A stretch of 64,000 nucleotides of DNA, taken from assembly GCA_977018835.1 (NCBI GenBank), contig OZ361259.1:62001-126000 (forward strand), written 5' to 3'. How positions within the stretch are numbered: the first letter of the stretch is position 1; each line of letters opens with the position of its first letter. A program made the translations under genes and the position numbers. The DNA comes from Minutocellus sp. GHC0000111. Its lineage: Eukaryota. Under the pieces are notes generated by a model. It saw only the letters and a list, made by a program, of their open reading frames with translations, ran no database searches and had not been told where the DNA came from. This document shows, one piece after another, positions 59,537 to 64,000 of this stretch.

Positions 59537-60615
59537 ATGAAGATATTTCATCCTTCCCCGTCCTTGGCTTAGGCTATGCCTGCCTGTCGCCGGCGGCTGT
59601 TAGCGCAGATGCCAGAGGAAGCGGCAACGGCGCCGTCTATGCTGTCACGTACTCTGCCAACGGATGTGGTGCTTCGTCGTCCGCCGTTAACATCAAGGGA
59701 TATATGACGAATGTTACATACAGCGTCATGGGTTCCACCGCCAGGGAAACTTGTGCCGAGAACGTCATGTGTCGTGTCGATCCCGACTCCTGTCCCTCGC
59801 CCGGAGGAGATCCGCCTGCCGCGGACGAGAAAAACTCCACAGGATCAGGAACAGGAACCGAGATGATTTCCATGCTAATCGACCCCAACGTTGCCACAGG
59901 CATTCAAAACTCCTACAAGGACTACGATAGTATCGGCCCCGCCACATGCTTGCCATCGACGTGGTATGCGGGCGACTGCTATTTCAATTATCAGCGCTTG
60001 GATGATCTGAAGAGTGATCCGATGGTGCTTGCGAATGACCAGCCGGATGATCTCAAGACGATGAAAGATTACATCTATTTTCTTTACTACGAAGACGATA
60101 CTTGCACGGACTTGGCTTCCATCCTGGCATCTGCCTCGGGACAGACGATCCAAGTTCCATCCGTGTCTGATCCTTCCCTGTCCTGTGAGATGCAATCCAT
60201 CTGCTCTCTGGACCCAACTTCAGACGAGTGCCAGGCCATCCACGATGGGATCATAGTGGCGAACAGCCTTTCCGAGACTCGCATCGACGAGGACACCGGA
60301 GAGGTTGATGTTTACGAGTGCGATCCCACCAACGAAGCTGTAGGGCAGGATGTGTGCAACATCATCCACCCGCAGGATTGCACCAAATCTTCTGTCCTCT
60401 CCAATTGCCACTTCCGTGCCATTTCTGGCCCAGAGCTTGCGGGCAATCCTCTCTACCTCGTTGGTGACATCGGCGAGCAGATGAGTACAGATGAGGCCGG
60501 AATGGAGATTGATGATGGAGAGGATAGTGGAGAAACATCTGGAACGAGCCACTCTGGAGTTGGTAGTATCGTCGTTGGACTGATTATTGGTGGAATTTCG
60601 CTCTTAGCTTGGTAG
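59537..60615 (+). CDS. Secreted Cys-rich two-repeat protein with GPI-like C-terminus; 1-nt frameshift just after ATG
   Basis: ATG 59537 needs one extra T in the TTT run to join the signal peptide SSFPVLGLGYACLSPAAVSA. Internal Cys-pattern repeat and hydrophobic tail. Confidence 0.6.
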
Positions 60616-60962
60616 CGGCCAAAATCATGATAGGGATCCCCAAAGACATGGGTAAAGTTGTATCAGCACCCTAGCTAGCAAATAAAGCACATTCTTTTAA
60701 TATCAAAACATACGATCGTACTCTCGAGCAAATTAATACTGTAAGTTTCAGTTCAGTTATGCATTAATTTACTCACGATTACGCACGTGCACTCCGCCAG
60801 TACAGAATGTGTGATCTACCCGTACATAGTATAACAGCATCGTCATCGCACCGATCTGTTGCCGTTGCTTTGGACCAATTGACATGGAATTTCTGTACGT
60901 GGACGACCCACGGATTTCTGCACCCGATCATCCACAATCTTCTCTCACACCTCTCAAAAGGT

Positions 60963-62285
60963 CTATGCCGACTTGACCTTGAACTTCTTGCCCGCCTTGT
61001 CGGCCGCCAATCGCTGCTCCTGCAGCTTCACCAGGGCATCGTCGATGAAGTTCAAATACACCTTCTTATCAAACGACCCACGGAAGAAGTTGCAGCTCAG
61101 ATTGACCTCCAACAAACAAACGGGAAGGTTGGGATCGGCACTCAACACGACATCCCATCCCACGAAGGGCACGTCCGGACAGAGCTTCAGATGCGATTCC
61201 TCCACCAGCTTGAGCATGCCCTTGATGTCGGGCACCGTCTTGCCGGTGATGGGAATGTCCCCATCTGGATGGTGCGTGTATCCATGGACCGACCTCCACG
61301 GACAACGTCCTGGGAGGGCCTCCCACAGACCCAGACGGTACCAGTGCGCATTTGTGGTACCACCGCGGAACTGTCCGGTCTTGACGTCGACGTCAAACAG
61401 AATGGAGGAGTGATCCGTATCGGCACCCTGCCGACCGGCACGGAACACGCAGCTCAGCGCCGTAATGTCCTCGGCCTTGGCCTCCTTGGTAATGTCGATT
61501 GATGCATGACTTTGCGTGATCACGCGGAACGTACTGAGCGGGGGGTTGGGAGGAAGGAGGCTGGATACCCACTCGGAATTCTCGATGCGTTCTTGGATGA
61601 TCCAATCTCCCCCGTCGGTGGCATTCTTGTAGAAAAAGATGCCCAGGCCGCCTTCTTCGTTTCTGTGCTTCACCACGATAGCGGGGGACTTGAGCGTCGG
61701 ACTGACGGGAACGCCGCGCTTCTCACCCTCGTCCAGAAAGGTCCACTTGTTCTCCATGTCGTAACCGGCGGGATGGTCGTTCAAAAGAGAATGCAAACCG
61801 GCCACACGGCAGTTGAGACGCCAATACGAGAACCAATCATCCGGCGCCAACAGGCGGGTGGCGTACTCCTCGGATATGCTGGTCTTGCCCCGCGACTTGA
61901 GCCAAAGGTGGACGGACGAGATGAAGCAAACGGCCGGATTGGCCGTCAACACAAATCCCAGGCTGAGCAACCGCGACCGCGCGATGGTGGACAGGGGGAT
62001 GCCCGTGCCGGGAATGGCCACGTTGCGGAAGTTGTCGACGATGTCATCGCGATACGAACCCTTGCGGTAGTGCGGCTTGTTGTACAGATAGAACGCACTG
62101 GCCAGGGTGAAGAAATGGATGCGCGCGTGCTGCTTGAAGAGGGACTGGTCGGGCGTGTCCTTCCCGTCGGCAGCGGACTCGTACGGCGTGGTGCGGCCCC
62201 TGCCAAAGAGGTAGTGGAAGAGCCCACCGTAGAAGGTCGCCGTCGTCTTGGCCACCTTGAAGGGCAGGGAGATGAGGTTGCCCAT
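60963..62285 (-). CDS. Uncharacterised protein with ATP-grasp-like C-terminal domain
   Basis: MGNLIS start, EEGGLGI, WIIQERIEN, LSTFRVIT, VGWDVVL, LLEVN resemble ATP-grasp motifs. Confidence 0.6.
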   Translation of the reverse strand: MGNLISLPFKVAKTTATFYGGLFHYLFGRGRTTPYESAADGKDTPDQSLFKQHARIHFFTLASAFYLYNKPHYRKGSYRDDIVDNFRNVAIPGTGIPLSTIARSRLLSLGFVLTANPAVCFISSVHLWLKSRGKTSISEEYATRLLAPDDWFSYWRLNCRVAGLHSLLNDHPAGYDMENKWTFLDEGEKRGVPVSPTLKSPAIVVKHRNEEGGLGIFFYKNATDGGDWIIQERIENSEWVSSLLPPNPPLSTFRVITQSHASIDITKEAKAEDITALSCVFRAGRQGADTDHSSILFDVDVKTGQFRGGTTNAHWYRLGLWEALPGRCPWRSVHGYTHHPDGDIPITGKTVPDIKGMLKLVEESHLKLCPDVPFVGWDVVLSADPNLPVCLLEVNLSCNFFRGSFDKKVYLNFIDDALVKLQEQRLAADKAGKKFKVKSA

Positions 62286-62451
62286 TTTTCTTTTTGATAT
62301 TTTATGTGCTGGGAAAGGGTCCAGCAGGAGGTGATACACGCCAGCGCAACAATCAGCAAGGAGGAATTGTGATACACCAACGCAACACTCAGCAAGACAT
62401 CTGGCTGATGTGTCGTCCTTCTCTGCCTCACAAATTTTTGTGGCGGGGCAA

Positions 62452-62474
62452 GGATAGGATAGGATAGGATAGGA
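62452..62474. repeat. (GGATA)n microsatellite
   Basis: ggataggataggataggatagga. Confidence 0.8.
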
Positions 62475-62720
62475 CATCGCCACGTCACAAGCGAACCTCT
62501 TGAACTGCGTTGCGAACCATCGCCATCCGTTGGTCGCGTCGATGGGTGACGACGACGTCTTGCCGTTTTTCGTTTTGCTTTCTCTGAATGTCTGTTCCAT
62601 GCCATTCTCGCATATTCTTCGGGGAACAACGCATCTCTCCATTTATCGCACTATCTACTAGCATCTCAGTTTTAGCAAGGGCTTGGGTTCCTCTCTTATA
62701 CAATACATACAATACACATC

Positions 62721-63179
62721 ATGGCACGATTCCAAACCATCCTCCTCGCGTTCGCGGCACTGGCCGGCCCCACCCTGGTGTCGGCCCTGGCGGGATACAA
62801 CACGTACGGCACCAACGGACGGCAATGGTGGGACCAGAACGCGGCCGCCGAGACGCAGCCGCAGACGGGCGCCGGTCACTTCAAGACCCACACCGAAAAG
62901 GCGCGGGATCGCATGCGCGAGGCGCAGGGCTTTACCAACTACGAGTACCGCTCGACCAGTACCGATGTCGAGGCCAAGCGCCGGTACAATGCCAACGTTG
63001 CCGCCCGGGCCAGCGTCGACAGCAGCCGGTGGTGGGACAACAGCGGGCAGGCCCAGACGGGACAGACGACCAATGGCTTTGTGTCCTACACGGATGAGCA
63101 GCGGGCCGCCCAGCAGCAGCGGATGATGGAGGAGGCCGCAAGGAGATTTCAGATGAAGAGGGAGCAGAGGGGTTACTAA
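62721..63179 (+). CDS. Small secreted hypothetical protein with internal repeat
   Basis: Signal peptide MARFQTILLAFAALAGPTLVSA, GC3-rich codons, repeats RQWWDQN/RWWDNS and GFTNY/GFVSY. Confidence 0.7.
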   Translation: MARFQTILLAFAALAGPTLVSALAGYNTYGTNGRQWWDQNAAAETQPQTGAGHFKTHTEKARDRMREAQGFTNYEYRSTSTDVEAKRRYNANVAARASVDSSRWWDNSGQAQTGQTTNGFVSYTDEQRAAQQQRMMEEAARRFQMKREQRGY

Positions 63180-63697
63180 TTAATGGATTGATTGTTGGGA
63201 AATGCAAAGCAACATTGCAGCAAGATACATATTGTATATTCACAGAGGAAGAGAGGAATAAACGGAGTGGAATGGAGAAATTGTTGGTCTGTCTGCATGT
63301 GGTGCATGCAGCAGTGCGCTCATTCAGAGAGAAGAAGAAAAGCAAAGGAAAGAAAGAAGGAGGAAGGTCACATTTTCATGTAGGAATTGTGATCCTGATT
63401 CCTTCAGGAAACTTCACTTAAATTTATTAACAGCGCATCTATTTTGATACAGAAGAATGTCATGTCCCTCTTGTCTCGCTCTGGCTCTCTCTCTCTCGGC
63501 TGCCTTGAATTCATCGTCCAGCGAGCAAGTCAACGTTGCCCGTACTGCGTACTACTAGTAGCTAGTACCTAGGTACGTGGTACGTACCGTAGAAACTCTA
63601 CGTCGCGTCGGTGTAAACGGCATGGCATCGGCAGTTATATTGCAGTTCGACCACACACCTTTCGACTGGCAGAACGCAGGCAAGCCATCGACCAACA

Positions 63698-64000
63698 ATG
63701 GTGGAAGGGCCAGGGGCGACGCGCAACGGGCGCAAGGCTCAAGCGGCCGTCGGATGCAAGGTCGAGTCGTTGGCCTTGCCGTCCACATGCGATTTATCGA
63801 AATCCACCGCCCTCCAAGATACACTGCCTGGCTTGATTCTGTGCGAAGCTTTTTCGGTGGGCAAGGAAGTCTTTCTCATCTTCACTCCCGAATTCAACGG
63901 CGGCGACGATGACGACGATAATTCCAATAGTGATGGTTGTGCTGTGCCCAGAGACGAAGTCGCGGTGCGGCTTCACTTTGGTATGAACGGCTGCTTGTAC
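63698..64000 (+). CDS. Fpg/Nei family DNA glycosylase, NEIL3-like (partial; runs off window)
   Basis: Hand translation: MVEGPGATRNGRK...SVGKEVFLIF...VRLHFGMNG, open to the window end. Not in the ORF track. Confidence 0.85.
   Translation, partial: MVEGPGATRNGRKAQAAVGCKVESLALPSTCDLSKSTALQDTLPGLILCEAFSVGKEVFLIFTPEFNGGDDDDDNSNSDGCAVPRDEVAVRLHFGMNGCLY

Overview
Gene-dense eukaryotic DNA with short GT-AG introns. Bipartite 'ASAFA'-type plastid-targeting leaders and the gene families present point to a stramenopile, most likely a diatom (inference). About 27 genes or gene remnants are recognisable. They include fibrillin, a CNNM/CBS protein, TerC, CDK7, condensin CAP-D2, a BEACH protein, several kinases, two G8/beta-helix proteins and a NEIL3-like glycosylase cut by the right edge. 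There are three main highlights. (1) A compact cluster encodes a triuret hydrolase (TrtA-type), a biuret hydrolase (BiuH-type) and an NCS2-like permease, i.e. a bacterial-style ureide N-scavenging module in a eukaryote. (2) A 748-bp TA-targeting MITE sits inside an LRR gene, and its ends appear to build a spliceable intron whose removal restores the reading frame. (3) Frameshifts, stops and deletions are concentrated in accessory genes while long housekeeping genes read intact. All calls come from reading the sequence and recalled family motifs; no searches were run.
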